From positions 1-64,000 of the IMG/VR virus record IMGVR_UViG_3300032229_000759: a stretch of 64,000 nucleotides of DNA. One strand, 5' to 3'. The translations under genes and the position numbers were made by a program. The notes below the pieces were generated by a model, which worked only from the letters and a program-made list of their open reading frames with translations, ran no database searches and was not told where the DNA came from. Below, piece after piece: positions 51,501 through 59,186 of the stretch; within the stretch, counting starts at the first letter, position 1, and each line of letters begins with the position of its first letter. The stretch is from a virus.

Positions 51501-53594
51501 GAGGGAATTATACATCAAGAATATGTGGATAATAATTCCATTGCGGTATGTGGAGGACCGTGTTCTTCTCCAGATAGTAATACTACATATAATTTAATTA
51601 AAACATGTCAAGAATTACAACAATATAGTCATTCTTTATCAAGAGTTACTACCGGAGCTACATTGTTTAAACAGTGTCCCAAGCCGTGTGACCAAGGTTG
51701 TACCGAAGACGAATTAACAGACGTATCATTTCCATATTGGTCAGAACCATTACAAATAGGATTAGGGCCAGTGGGTAATGGGCCATGTGTTACTTATGTT
51801 GTATACAGTCCTTGCGCCGGAAACCAGGGCGGATGGTATCAAACTAATCATAATGTTGCTCGGTCTGTAGAAGACGGAATACCACAGGGATGTAGTATTA
51901 TTGCGAGTAATGAGGCAGAAATTAGTTTTAGCACCTACGCTAGAGGAGCGTTTGGAGGATGTTATCCTAAACCAATGAGAACACAAGTATCAGCAGATGG
52001 ACTCTTTAATACAGGAGAAGTAGAAGATTTTAATGGTGGGTTAATGATAAATCAGCCTGGAGCGATAGGAGACGGCATTAATATCACCCAGCCTTCATGC
52101 GGCACGTGTTTCACTCTAGATTATGAAGATCCATTAACTAAAAATAAGTTATATAATGTTTTTGGAGGAGGTTCTTATCCACCTTATCCTGGTAATACTT
52201 CCCAAAGTTGTGAATGCGCTAATTGGGAATATGGCTATTGTAGAAATACCAATAATGCATCTTTATGTGTGTGTAACGGCTTGCAATATGACTATAACGA
52301 ATTTGATTATAATTTTGAATATTGTAGATATAATATTACTTTAAAAGGTTATAAGAGACGAATAAACTATCCTTCTAATAATAGAATAATCACTATTTCT
52401 AAAGCTTGCTCATCAACCTCTGCAGGAACCACTAATGATCCTGGAGAGATTATGGGAGGAGGATCTGGCGGCCGGTCTACTGAAAACTGTATATGGATAG
52501 AATGTCCAGGTGCTATTCCTACAAAATGGCATATTTATGATGTAAAATCTAGAACTCAAAATAATGCATATAATCCTTTATGTCCACAACAATTATGCTC
52601 TGTGAACTATACTAATACCAGCATTACAATAAACCTAGCTTCTGGACAAAGTAAATGTTGGTATTTTACAGAATTAACGAGCAACAATGCTTGTCCATTA
52701 ATCAGTGTATCGGTTCCAGATAATAGCTTTACAGTTAGCGACACCATAGATAGCTATTGTGGATCTTGTTTAAACCAAGAACCAAAATTAACAATGAATC
52801 CTCAACAGCAACCCTGGGATATTATAGAAGAACAAAGAACTTGTGTCTTAGGATATATATTAACAGACGGTAACCCTAACATCGATGGTCCTGTTGGTAT
52901 GGGTGGTAGTGTGTGGTTGGCAGGATATTGCGGCATAAGAGCCTCTTTGTGTTATCAAAGAGAAGGCACAGGCGGCGGTGGACAATGTGGTAAAAATGCT
53001 CCAGATTCTTATCCTTGGAGCACCTGTATTTCTTATTCAGAACCGTCTGTTTGCGTAGGAGGTAATGATTCATCTATTGTGGGAGGCTGTAATATTCCGG
53101 TTAGTTTTCCATATTCTAATGGTAAAGCTGGCGAACGCATAGTATCTTTATGGAAAAAACAAATGTCTCAAATTTGGCTAAATACCGCACCGTGTCATAA
53201 TAATAAAAATAAATATACGGTGGGCGACATTGTGGAGGGGGTGGTGCCTGATTCGTGTAGTGAAGTTAAGTATACTAAAATTAATTATCCTTCTATGTCT
53301 TACAGAGCAACTTTTGGTGATCCGGTGGTTACACAAGGCACGATAGGATTTACAGTAGCATATTATACTTATACTTATCGTAGACCAAAAACTATACAAG
53401 ACGTATTTAAGGGAGAGGCATTAGTAGAACAATGCAATCAGGTTACATCACATAATCCTATAGGATCACTAAATATATCCGAAAAACACAAGACTTTTGG
53501 TTGCAGCAATGTAGCTCAGTGTTATGATACTGATGTTAATGGTTGTGATGATACCAATTATTGTTGTAGATACGGGAAAACTAACTATGAATAA
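45507..53594 (+). CDS. Very large Cys-rich tail-tip/receptor-binding candidate (about 2695 aa)
   Basis: Likely start ATG 45507 (MGCC); follows the hub gene; strongly Cys-rich C-terminal quarter; no recognisable family. Confidence 0.6.
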   Translation: MGCCSIFNKSLFSDVNIENLDCNIDSLKKFIRSYDDSISGLWLPIIIKPDQKAEYGELLSPARTTINNPFDPCNCVSDISNDYNELESDTAFNCSYCLSMLPTNFSKSWKLKDTDGNESTQSFIADCTSGACDTRMQKDDYLAKIPYINQKYINQFSDFKYLQEFPSITNGGLGFEHFVFSQGGAQLNSFSYTSNKFYIDWVLKPCLSEIPYDPLTSSYNSKDDHDKAYARAMQTNKTCGNFILTTVNPSYSGINPYYPIFSGLIGDPEQGSVRDSYSKLLPKAEDFTSPYGFTNHTYDNIFVKTERLGSYWKWNYKEGILGWYRHFDKDKKDDTRPIKGIDLYIAPGDVFWATNQGPEPPPIANRGNPDIKSCPSGLKLIKNNIVTGVIPSGSEFTYISSNLYSRFLNIYARIDKNDQLINLTSNEPIKKFRLAAMLCTAPQYDEITIDLLKPNKVAGFDEAPSVLEGRGKNEEKNYITINNFGQNLDYNRDMSTSFIGSVNGFGFIKTKSDLINTLANKYGGYLWCPMDSTLSLTYDTKIKDQCYIDLNYDIVVKNSLVKNQPQCSTEIDCSEFTGNIFSYNQNLSHKHTLSSQINSIKNYATSCNNGENTIAAVVQTAKLSLNNNKIKEIIASSGCSIFNNTYPRIITSSSTNSCRYCGPQSSYGLVTSTDNNVCKNGDGTPDNFCDYKLANFYNNSENPQAGLIGTRIPREIIDGTLYFKRQYNAFVFDPRIDKAAFHHQDGVYFESNVFSSISGSTYFLQNSSSSSNTDGHDVSIQFDTKKVGIKLYSVKIEKLRSSSESSADCIAFPNNEPCKCYGLSLVPSFLFNCRDSSFTFTNDPVFFTPNLSTKYGPTFKAYGGYSEDYINKLFIESNNRIPNHPRIGSVLNYLSKKIDPEFPYGCEQSISLNLPNYVKNSWSFTISNFNTNHADVWAEILENVDLFNPNNYSENEYGETEASTNVGYQRFANKVEINNKTLYDKQKKIISTKNDSIGAINVVLTNPYLVSLMGNSIYLYPPSGTFCSNETVYGGRGDELTIVPIKFTRIPRKQILNFGIHPIQPMGTLSAGAFHPNKGLEYSNTTSPFGPLFTNYSYVRDEYYFDYDRDIFPIENTYTDPITGVETTTTSPQRFQSYVFIGDLTKKVKDVLNQIQNLNNDVSKLRLYLNINNQWYIYNTSNLFGYIANNKAYSGPPLAFEYTHKDYKQTCPILIPSSPKKHITFNYLRSPLDNDVFETRRFNDFPLSVAVAKKYDLSYPFIPEIFNIEEVNNKVIRIEGIRPYFMFEEEFLPTQSNATSIAGLESTVIEKINETNPYVHLVNKEQIWMYKGYGDKRVVASYLLTGRGSDSYYDFLYTNFSNLNIDLLATNSDGYIHNSYKKISSIPSIFIEESYSKNSSPFIAKYLKIEYVDTYGNIIKKQNIRNNARPKAYTYFVLDGRRRDLGDLPEKIQQITLYQSLQQTLKKELDPYLTSINPELRSISFEEKIRQILSNTYSDSSANVQFLKNLPDRAKWSDILNFDGNIINDITKYNFTIHDHKRIYPSSLYLNNFYKLIVNSNSNHYNFRALFNGEDDCNYNGNVYYCIHQKYNTENQDNYNINNNLLSNFNNYLPYIDINIFSNRFSFSAPTPSGTVQISGIHQYLDIDHDWESYHNPVTGSALFWINIDPAFDLKSCLTFDQKMYSDTFRIDDVPYQLYDIDCTTNYNADGCRQTFFPTVPNSEITSYNVFNFETEYLTRVTGTSPFVRFPVYCDSDALDTCGSKSCGIKTVGSTSCSGIYKIYEEKNIPITGIPESVPYIISYEGGNYNPLGNNQPHYIQRFELSPENPLIVSSGSSCSLLPLRPKRDSLNNNNRLSVLNEDYQAALESSIVNDHSATVVDTDIFANEMLFRLMYGEKQKINLNTLNNQNQNITYMDLLKHTDPKVTAKDIYKNIPYEYDTTAPVENRIITGSISVQGTLKVGKSVSIRIGSHNLSCGVIKENGDIKIQANYNGESIEGIIHQEYVDNNSIAVCGGPCSSPDSNTTYNLIKTCQELQQYSHSLSRVTTGATLFKQCPKPCDQGCTEDELTDVSFPYWSEPLQIGLGPVGNGPCVTYVVYSPCAGNQGGWYQTNHNVARSVEDGIPQGCSIIASNEAEISFSTYARGAFGGCYPKPMRTQVSADGLFNTGEVEDFNGGLMINQPGAIGDGINITQPSCGTCFTLDYEDPLTKNKLYNVFGGGSYPPYPGNTSQSCECANWEYGYCRNTNNASLCVCNGLQYDYNEFDYNFEYCRYNITLKGYKRRINYPSNNRIITISKACSSTSAGTTNDPGEIMGGGSGGRSTENCIWIECPGAIPTKWHIYDVKSRTQNNAYNPLCPQQLCSVNYTNTSITINLASGQSKCWYFTELTSNNACPLISVSVPDNSFTVSDTIDSYCGSCLNQEPKLTMNPQQQPWDIIEEQRTCVLGYILTDGNPNIDGPVGMGGSVWLAGYCGIRASLCYQREGTGGGGQCGKNAPDSYPWSTCISYSEPSVCVGGNDSSIVGGCNIPVSFPYSNGKAGERIVSLWKKQMSQIWLNTAPCHNNKNKYTVGDIVEGVVPDSCSEVKYTKINYPSMSYRATFGDPVVTQGTIGFTVAYYTYTYRRPKTIQDVFKGEALVEQCNQVTSHNPIGSLNISEKHKTFGCSNVAQCYDTDVNGCDDTNYCCRYGKTNYE

Positions 53595-54063
53595 TACTGC
53601 TTACTGTGATTTAAAGAGCACGGGCTCTTCGTTTAATAATAAGCCATTATATAAATGCGAGTATTGTGGTTTAACTGTTGGCTTAGAAGATCCTAATACC
53701 AAAATTATGTGTTTTAAAAAGATAGAGGATCTAGCACACGACATACATAAAAATCATTTACAAGACCCTAATACTTTTAAACCCACCCACCTATCTGATA
53801 AAAAAATACCAGAGCTTATATTAGAGGAAGCTAAAAAAGAAGCTATCAATAATGTCGTTACAGAAAATCAAACAGAAGAATTATGCACCCAAGAAGAGAT
53901 TAACAACAGATTAGCTATTTGCAATACTTGCGAATACTTTAAGGATAGTTCTTGCTTACTATGTGGCTGCGTAGTAGTTAGAGAAGCTAATCATAAAAAT
54001 AAGCTAGCCCATCGTAATCAAAAATGCCCTGCGGATAAATGGGGTCCTATTAATTTACCTTAA
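53587..54063 (+). CDS. Cys-rich metal-binding protein with DUF6171-like C-terminus
   Basis: Likely start 53587 overlapping the previous stop; CEYCG; RLAICNTC...CLLCGC...K......CP..KW. Confidence 0.7.
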   Translation: MNNTAYCDLKSTGSSFNNKPLYKCEYCGLTVGLEDPNTKIMCFKKIEDLAHDIHKNHLQDPNTFKPTHLSDKKIPELILEEAKKEAINNVVTENQTEELCTQEEINNRLAICNTCEYFKDSSCLLCGCVVVREANHKNKLAHRNQKCPADKWGPINLP

Positions 54064-55003
54064 AACGCAAAACCTCTGTTGGTTCTAATCCATATATAGC
54101 AGTATATTGATTAGTGGTGATTTCTCCTTTGTTGTTAATTAACACAGTAACAGGAACCCTGCTATTACCAGACCAACTTTTGAAAAAATGTAGTCCAATA
54201 ACAACCTCTCCTTTAGGCTGGCTGTTTTTGGGCCAAAAAATATTTTCTACCGGCTTATCAGTTAAGTCTGTTGGAAACGCGTTTTTATCAACGTCTAAGA
54301 ACACCCCGTCTATACCATTTCTATACATCCAGCATATATAGCTGTATGAGTTTATTTTAGTAGACTTATAATTAACATGCAAATCTATATCGTCTGTGGT
54401 ATTCCAGGCTATAGAAATTTGTAAATCTCCAGTGCCAGCATTAGATTTTTTGAGACGTTTTTGTATTTCTCTAATATGGCCATTATCACCAGTACCTTGG
54501 TCACCAGTCCCAAGCCCCCTAGATGCTGTATAAGAGCCCTGGGTTGGCTTTGCTGCGGGTTGTTTAATATTTTGGGGTGTCTGATCGGGTACTAACTTAT
54601 TTAAAATTTGAGGATCCAAAGAGGCGACATATGCTGTTTCAGAACTATTGTCCGCAACATCAAGTTCGGGGAATTTAACATCAACCGATTCTTCATGAAC
54701 TACAGCATCAACCATCTTAGAACTTGCGCTTTGACCGATTAGAGATTCTTGTGCTTGATCCTCTAATATTTCTATTGATGGAAATTCTTCATGAGATACT
54801 TGCTGGTCTGTTTGAGTATTAAATGACAAGGTTAATACTATGGGCTTAGTATCATTTTCGCCTAAAGATATCAGGGCTAGTATTAATAGTAATACTGTAT
54901 GAAAAATGGAGCTTTGTAAAACACCACTATCGTATAGAGTTAAAACCCAATTGTCCCAGTAACTAAAGGAGTTTAACCTTTGTCCTGCTGATTTTTTTGC
55001 CAT
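54050..55003 (-). CDS. Membrane-anchored protein with C-terminal YfaP/DUF2135-like domain
   Basis: TM helix SSIFHTVLLLILALISL; acidic/Gly linker; GDLQISIAWNTTDDIDLHV...LDVDKN...VENIFWP; start uncertain (55003 or 55030). Confidence 0.7.
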   Translation of the reverse strand: MAKKSAGQRLNSFSYWDNWVLTLYDSGVLQSSIFHTVLLLILALISLGENDTKPIVLTLSFNTQTDQQVSHEEFPSIEILEDQAQESLIGQSASSKMVDAVVHEESVDVKFPELDVADNSSETAYVASLDPQILNKLVPDQTPQNIKQPAAKPTQGSYTASRGLGTGDQGTGDNGHIREIQKRLKKSNAGTGDLQISIAWNTTDDIDLHVNYKSTKINSYSYICWMYRNGIDGVFLDVDKNAFPTDLTDKPVENIFWPKNSQPKGEVVIGLHFFKSWSGNSRVPVTVLINNKGEITTNQYTAIYGLEPTEVLRFKVN

Positions 55004-55305
55004 TTGTGCCAACCGTTGTTTGGTAACCAATTATTGTCATCATCTTTACGCTTAGGAAAGAGCGTTCCGCCTTTCTTATGCTGTCCAAAAGCTAATACTG
55101 CGCCACAATCAGCACATCTTAACTCATAATAATCATTGCCCTCTACGTTTCTTACTATAAATCTTAAGTTTTGACTCTTACATAGTCCACACTTTTCTTC
55201 AGAAAAAATCTCTTGAATCAAAGCTAATTCTTTAAAAATTTCTTTTTGTCCAGATGCTTCCAGCTCAAAAGACAATTTATCACTAGCTTTGTAAAAGACT
55301 TTCAT
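54973..55305 (-). CDS. Zn-ribbon hypothetical protein
   Basis: CGLC...YYELRCADCG; 110 aa. Confidence 0.7.
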   Translation of the reverse strand: MKVFYKASDKLSFELEASGQKEIFKELALIQEIFSEEKCGLCKSQNLRFIVRNVEGNDYYELRCADCGAVLAFGQHKKGGTLFPKRKDDDNNWLPNNGWHKWQKNQQDKG

Positions 55306-55308
55306 AAG

Positions 55309-56040
55309 TTATTTCCATTGTGGGTTATAGCCTAACATATCTGTAGTAAGTTTTGATGTATCTTGCTGATAAGCGGTCAATTGTTGTATTACGCTAATAG
55401 CTTGATCATGTGATATATTATATATGTTATCATGGTCGATAGCAAGTGATTTTATTAAGTTATGCACATTAACGTTTAGCCTTTGTGCAATCACATCAAT
55501 AAAATTAATTTGATTAACGCTAATTTTAGAAACACTATTTTCATCAGGATGGTCTTCTATTTCCTTTGCTAATTCTTCTGCTGCTACTACCTTTCTTAGC
55601 TTTAGCGCTCTTCTTAAAGCACGACCTTCTGCTCTGGTTTCCGCTACTGCAACAGGATGATTTCTATAGATTTTATCACAATTCCCCCAATAAACATCTG
55701 CTGCTCCGTCTATAGTAATATGTTGCTCATTAGCTAAATATGTAATCGAATGTACTACCGTGGCTCTTTTTTCGTTACCGGGCTCAGGGGACTGAGTAAC
55801 ATTAGAAGTAGAACTGATGAGTATACAATTTAATGCTTCTTCAAATATGCGTCTTAGTCCGTCTGTTGTAGGATTGCCTTGTATTTTTTCGTCATCTGAA
55901 AGCAGACCAAGTACATAGTCTGTCCATGACAAATCACTAGTCTTGGGCTTATCAGTAGTTACCACGACCTCAGCATTCTTGACAACTCCATTTGTTTCAT
56001 TACTAACCACAGACGATTTCTTTTCTTTGTCCTTCGCCAT
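55309..56040 (-). CDS. Putative Rad52/Sak-like single-strand annealing protein
   Basis: AVAETRAEGRALRRAL...AAEE motif and C-terminal ISVNQINFI helix typical of phage SSAPs; GAGG RBS. Confidence 0.55.
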   Translation of the reverse strand: MAKDKEKKSSVVSNETNGVVKNAEVVVTTDKPKTSDLSWTDYVLGLLSDDEKIQGNPTTDGLRRIFEEALNCILISSTSNVTQSPEPGNEKRATVVHSITYLANEQHITIDGAADVYWGNCDKIYRNHPVAVAETRAEGRALRRALKLRKVVAAEELAKEIEDHPDENSVSKISVNQINFIDVIAQRLNVNVHNLIKSLAIDHDNIYNISHDQAISVIQQLTAYQQDTSKLTTDMLGYNPQWK

Positions 56041-56044
56041 TTAA

Positions 56045-56833
56045 TTAATCCTCTATTTCTATAAGACTATTTGTTTGATAAAGCTTATTATTGAGTACTT
56101 CTAATAATTTCTTATATAAGACGTTGCTACGAGCTTGTGAAAAATCATGAGTTTGTTTAATTCTAATTAGTTTAAGTCCTTTACCAATAATTAAACCGTT
56201 TTTCTTCTCGTCATATTTTTGATTTTTCTTCAAGGCATCTTCGCCCCATATGGGCAAAAAGTGTGATGGTCCATCCACCTCAATAGCCAAATTTATAGTA
56301 GGCAGAAAAAGGTCTATTTGCAACTTGGTATTTGATAATATTTGCTCTTTGTGAAAATCTACGTGCCAACCATCCACTAGTAACTTGTTTAATAGAAATT
56401 TTTCTAGCTTAGAACCAACCTTGCTACTAAGTCTAGCAGCATCATTCGCTGCTTTAACAATATTTTCTTTGTCTTCGATACTTAATTTTTCCCAGTTGGT
56501 TTTACTTTTTTGTTTTCTTTGTTTCAGTTCCTTTGCAGACAAACTCTCCCACGACTGCATCACCCCATTACCTATCTTATTTTTGGTGTCTTCACTTCTG
56601 GACATTCCTTTTGTGGGATGTTTATGCTTACCTGTAGATAGAGCGTTTTTTTGAGCAAGACTTTTGTCTCTGATCGGAACTTTGAATTTTTTTGCATCTC
56701 TTCTAATTTTATTAGCATATGTGTTATACTGTTCAGCAATATCGCCAAAGCTCATTTTTTTATTTAAATAAGTATCTAATATTAGCTGTTTTTTAGTCTT
56801 ATCATTCAGACTATCATAGTTTTGTGATGACAT
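56045..56833 (-). CDS. DUF559/Vsr-like PD-(D/E)XK endonuclease with N-terminal HTH and NUMOD3-like motif
   Basis: MSFGDIAEQY HTH; KGMSRSEDTKNKI; SKLE...IDLFLP..NLAIEVDGPSH...DEKKN...G.KLIRI. Confidence 0.75.
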   Translation of the reverse strand: MSSQNYDSLNDKTKKQLILDTYLNKKMSFGDIAEQYNTYANKIRRDAKKFKVPIRDKSLAQKNALSTGKHKHPTKGMSRSEDTKNKIGNGVMQSWESLSAKELKQRKQKSKTNWEKLSIEDKENIVKAANDAARLSSKVGSKLEKFLLNKLLVDGWHVDFHKEQILSNTKLQIDLFLPTINLAIEVDGPSHFLPIWGEDALKKNQKYDEKKNGLIIGKGLKLIRIKQTHDFSQARSNVLYKKLLEVLNNKLYQTNSLIEIED

Positions 56834-57281
56834 TATATATCTCCTCGCTATTGAATTCCGACATGAGAGACAGCGGCTGTTTCCAACATATGTTGCATAG
56901 TTCGTAGGTGTCTTTATTATTGGTGATTACTTCCAAGTTATTTTGCATATAAATGCTGTGCCAAAAACCATACGGCAGCCCGGGATTCTTTGACCATTCA
57001 GGTTCTGAAATATATAAGACCTGTTTTTTGGGACCCGGAAAAGTTTTAGTCAACATGGCACTTTTAGTATCAAATATAAATAAGATACCATCAAAATATT
57101 TAGCTTGTTGAATATGTAGTATATAGTATTTATGATTTAAATCTATATTATTAAATTGATTATTAAATAATACAATATTGCTATATGGTAATTTTTTGCA
57201 CAGCTCGTTTATACTATTCAGTATATTTTTTTGTTGCTCGTTGTCGGCAGCAATGTCTAACAAATAAAAGCCAATATCCAT
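56814..57281 (-). CDS. Hypothetical protein of the glycosyltransferase cluster (Rossmann-like)
   Basis: 155 aa alternating beta/alpha pattern; co-oriented and tightly linked with GT genes. Confidence 0.55.
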   Translation of the reverse strand: MDIGFYLLDIAADNEQQKNILNSINELCKKLPYSNIVLFNNQFNNIDLNHKYYILHIQQAKYFDGILFIFDTKSAMLTKTFPGPKKQVLYISEPEWSKNPGLPYGFWHSIYMQNNLEVITNNKDTYELCNICWKQPLSLMSEFNSEEIYNVITKL

Positions 57282-57284
57282 GTT

Positions 57285-58073
57285 TTAATTTCCTTTCAGA
57301 GCTTTTAAGAATATGTTTTTTATAAATGCTCCATATGAAGATTGTGTTGAATCAAATGGCGCTAATGACCTTAGCTTAACAGACTTTATATTCTCTAGAA
57401 TGTCGCCTTCTATAGATATGTTTTGAATGCCACAAATTTGAGATTCTATATTATAGGAGTTGTCCAAATCTAGTAAATAAGAATAGCTATTAAATACTAA
57501 ATTGATATCTGGAGGAGATAACACACCCACATTTTGTGGGTTCTGATAATTAGCAGAATTAAATAAAACTATTTTTTCTTGACACTTAGGATATAAAACA
57601 TCAGACAGGACAGTGTCGTTTATTTCGTTATCGCTAGACAACATCACTGCTGTTTTATTATTTCTAGTCTGATTACTGAGCATAAAGATTTTATCATCAT
57701 ATAGTCTATCATATAGGCATTCATAGTCTGCAATCCGATCTGTGGCCATATTACTTCGTTTACCAACACACAGAATCTTATGCTTGTTCCAAAAGACTCC
57801 AATTTCATCATTTTTAATAGGAACATTAAGAAAAATACTAATCTTTACGTTGGCAGCATGATCTGTAATAAAATCATGCATTTCTTGAGAATACTCATTG
57901 GCTGGACCAATAATAATATCTGGTTTGTTTTGATGATAAACCTCAAATAAATTGCCGTGAAAATTCACAGCAGAAATATCATATTCATCAGAACTTAAAC
58001 TGAATAAGTTATGTAAAAATGACTTATATTCGTTTTCGTGGTTTAGATGTGCTAGTATTTTCTTTTTGGTCAT
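57285..58073 (-). CDS. Divergent GT-B glycosyltransferase-like protein
   Basis: KPDIII, YDDKIF, QNVGVL...FNSY...IESQICG resembling the GT-B C-terminal EAxxCG. Confidence 0.45.
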   Translation of the reverse strand: MTKKKILAHLNHENEYKSFLHNLFSLSSDEYDISAVNFHGNLFEVYHQNKPDIIIGPANEYSQEMHDFITDHAANVKISIFLNVPIKNDEIGVFWNKHKILCVGKRSNMATDRIADYECLYDRLYDDKIFMLSNQTRNNKTAVMLSSDNEINDTVLSDVLYPKCQEKIVLFNSANYQNPQNVGVLSPPDINLVFNSYSYLLDLDNSYNIESQICGIQNISIEGDILENIKSVKLRSLAPFDSTQSSYGAFIKNIFLKALKGN

Positions 58074-58774
58074 TATGCGTACTCTTTAATTTTATTTTTA
58101 TCTTTTAAGCCGGTTATATGTATTAATTCGTCGTGGTTTAAAGCTAGTTCTTTATAACAAATATTGTGTCCAATAGATTTATTAATAATTTCAAATAAGA
58201 ACATATTGTCATAATATGTATCTATGTTATTGGCAATCGTTGTCAAGTCTTTATTACATAAATATACCATTCCAGACCAAATATGGGCGCCAATATCATA
58301 AAAGATATATTCTATATTGCCATTAGAATTGGATACTGAACCTAGAAATTTATGTTTCGTTTGATTTTTTTTTATTTTTTGAGACACAATCCAAGACTGA
58401 TCTGTATTTAAAATTTTATTTTTTTTACATCTAATCATAGTATCTATAGAAGTAATAAATAGTCCATCATATTTAGTATTGTCGTAGTGATCAATAATTA
58501 GCTTAAAAGCGTATCCTTGATTAGTAGTTAAAAAATAATTATTTAATATGATATTAATATGAGAAGGAATTTTTTTTTGTAGTTTTTCGTAACCAAAACC
58601 GGCAACTATGCTAATGTCGGTAGCTTCGCCCATAAACTTAACAACGTTATCTATTTGATGTAGTACTAATTCTTTGGCGTTATTATTAGGTTTAAGCAGT
58701 CCAATAGGCCCAAAAGACTTCATGCCCTTAGTAATTTCATAAGATAATATATATGACGCTATTTTATTTTTCAT
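58073..58774 (-). CDS. Divergent sugar/phosphocholine nucleotidyltransferase-like (LicC/GlmU fold)
   Basis: GMKSFGPIGLLK, IVAGFGYEKL, ILNNYFLTTNQGYAF, FLFEIIN. Confidence 0.6.
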   Translation of the reverse strand: MKNKIASYILSYEITKGMKSFGPIGLLKPNNNAKELVLHQIDNVVKFMGEATDISIVAGFGYEKLQKKIPSHINIILNNYFLTTNQGYAFKLIIDHYDNTKYDGLFITSIDTMIRCKKNKILNTDQSWIVSQKIKKNQTKHKFLGSVSNSNGNIEYIFYDIGAHIWSGMVYLCNKDLTTIANNIDTYYDNMFLFEIINKSIGHNICYKELALNHDELIHITGLKDKNKIKEYA

Positions 58775-59186
58775 TAATCTTTTGAATAACGGCTATGGAA
58801 TAAACATCATCTTGCATATTTTTGACAACCTCGAAGCCCGACACAGCATGAATAAAGGACAAGAAATCTGTATTAGTCCAACAAGACTTTAGTCCCAGCA
58901 CCAACTTAGCAAAATGCTCGCCATTAAAAGTACCAAACTTGATCTTGTGACAAATATTTTCTGGATTTAAAAAACGAACAGTTAATGTTCCACCCCTAGT
59001 CAATTTTTTAAGAGCTTCTATAAATATAGGATTTCTATCTTCTTGGGGTAATTTGTCGAGGGTTATAAAATTAATATTTTGAACATAGCCATTAGTAATT
59101 TGATTGAGATTACTAACATTAATATTAGAACAACCGTCTACTGAATCTTCTTTATCGTCTATTGTGATATTGATTTGATGAATCAT
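58764..59186 (-). CDS. Degenerate class I SAM methyltransferase-like protein
   Basis: LDKLP...FIEALKKLTRGGTLTVRF; GFEVV; no glycine-rich motif I. Confidence 0.45.
   Translation of the reverse strand: MIHQINITIDDKEDSVDGCSNINVSNLNQITNGYVQNINFITLDKLPQEDRNPIFIEALKKLTRGGTLTVRFLNPENICHKIKFGTFNGEHFAKLVLGLKSCWTNTDFLSFIHAVSGFEVVKNMQDDVYSIAVIQKINEK

Noticed and set aside
628-53399. Numerous 60-190 aa antisense and alternate-frame ORFs inside the large + strand genes
   Set aside because: They are shadows of long coding frames, with no recognisable motifs and low-complexity translations
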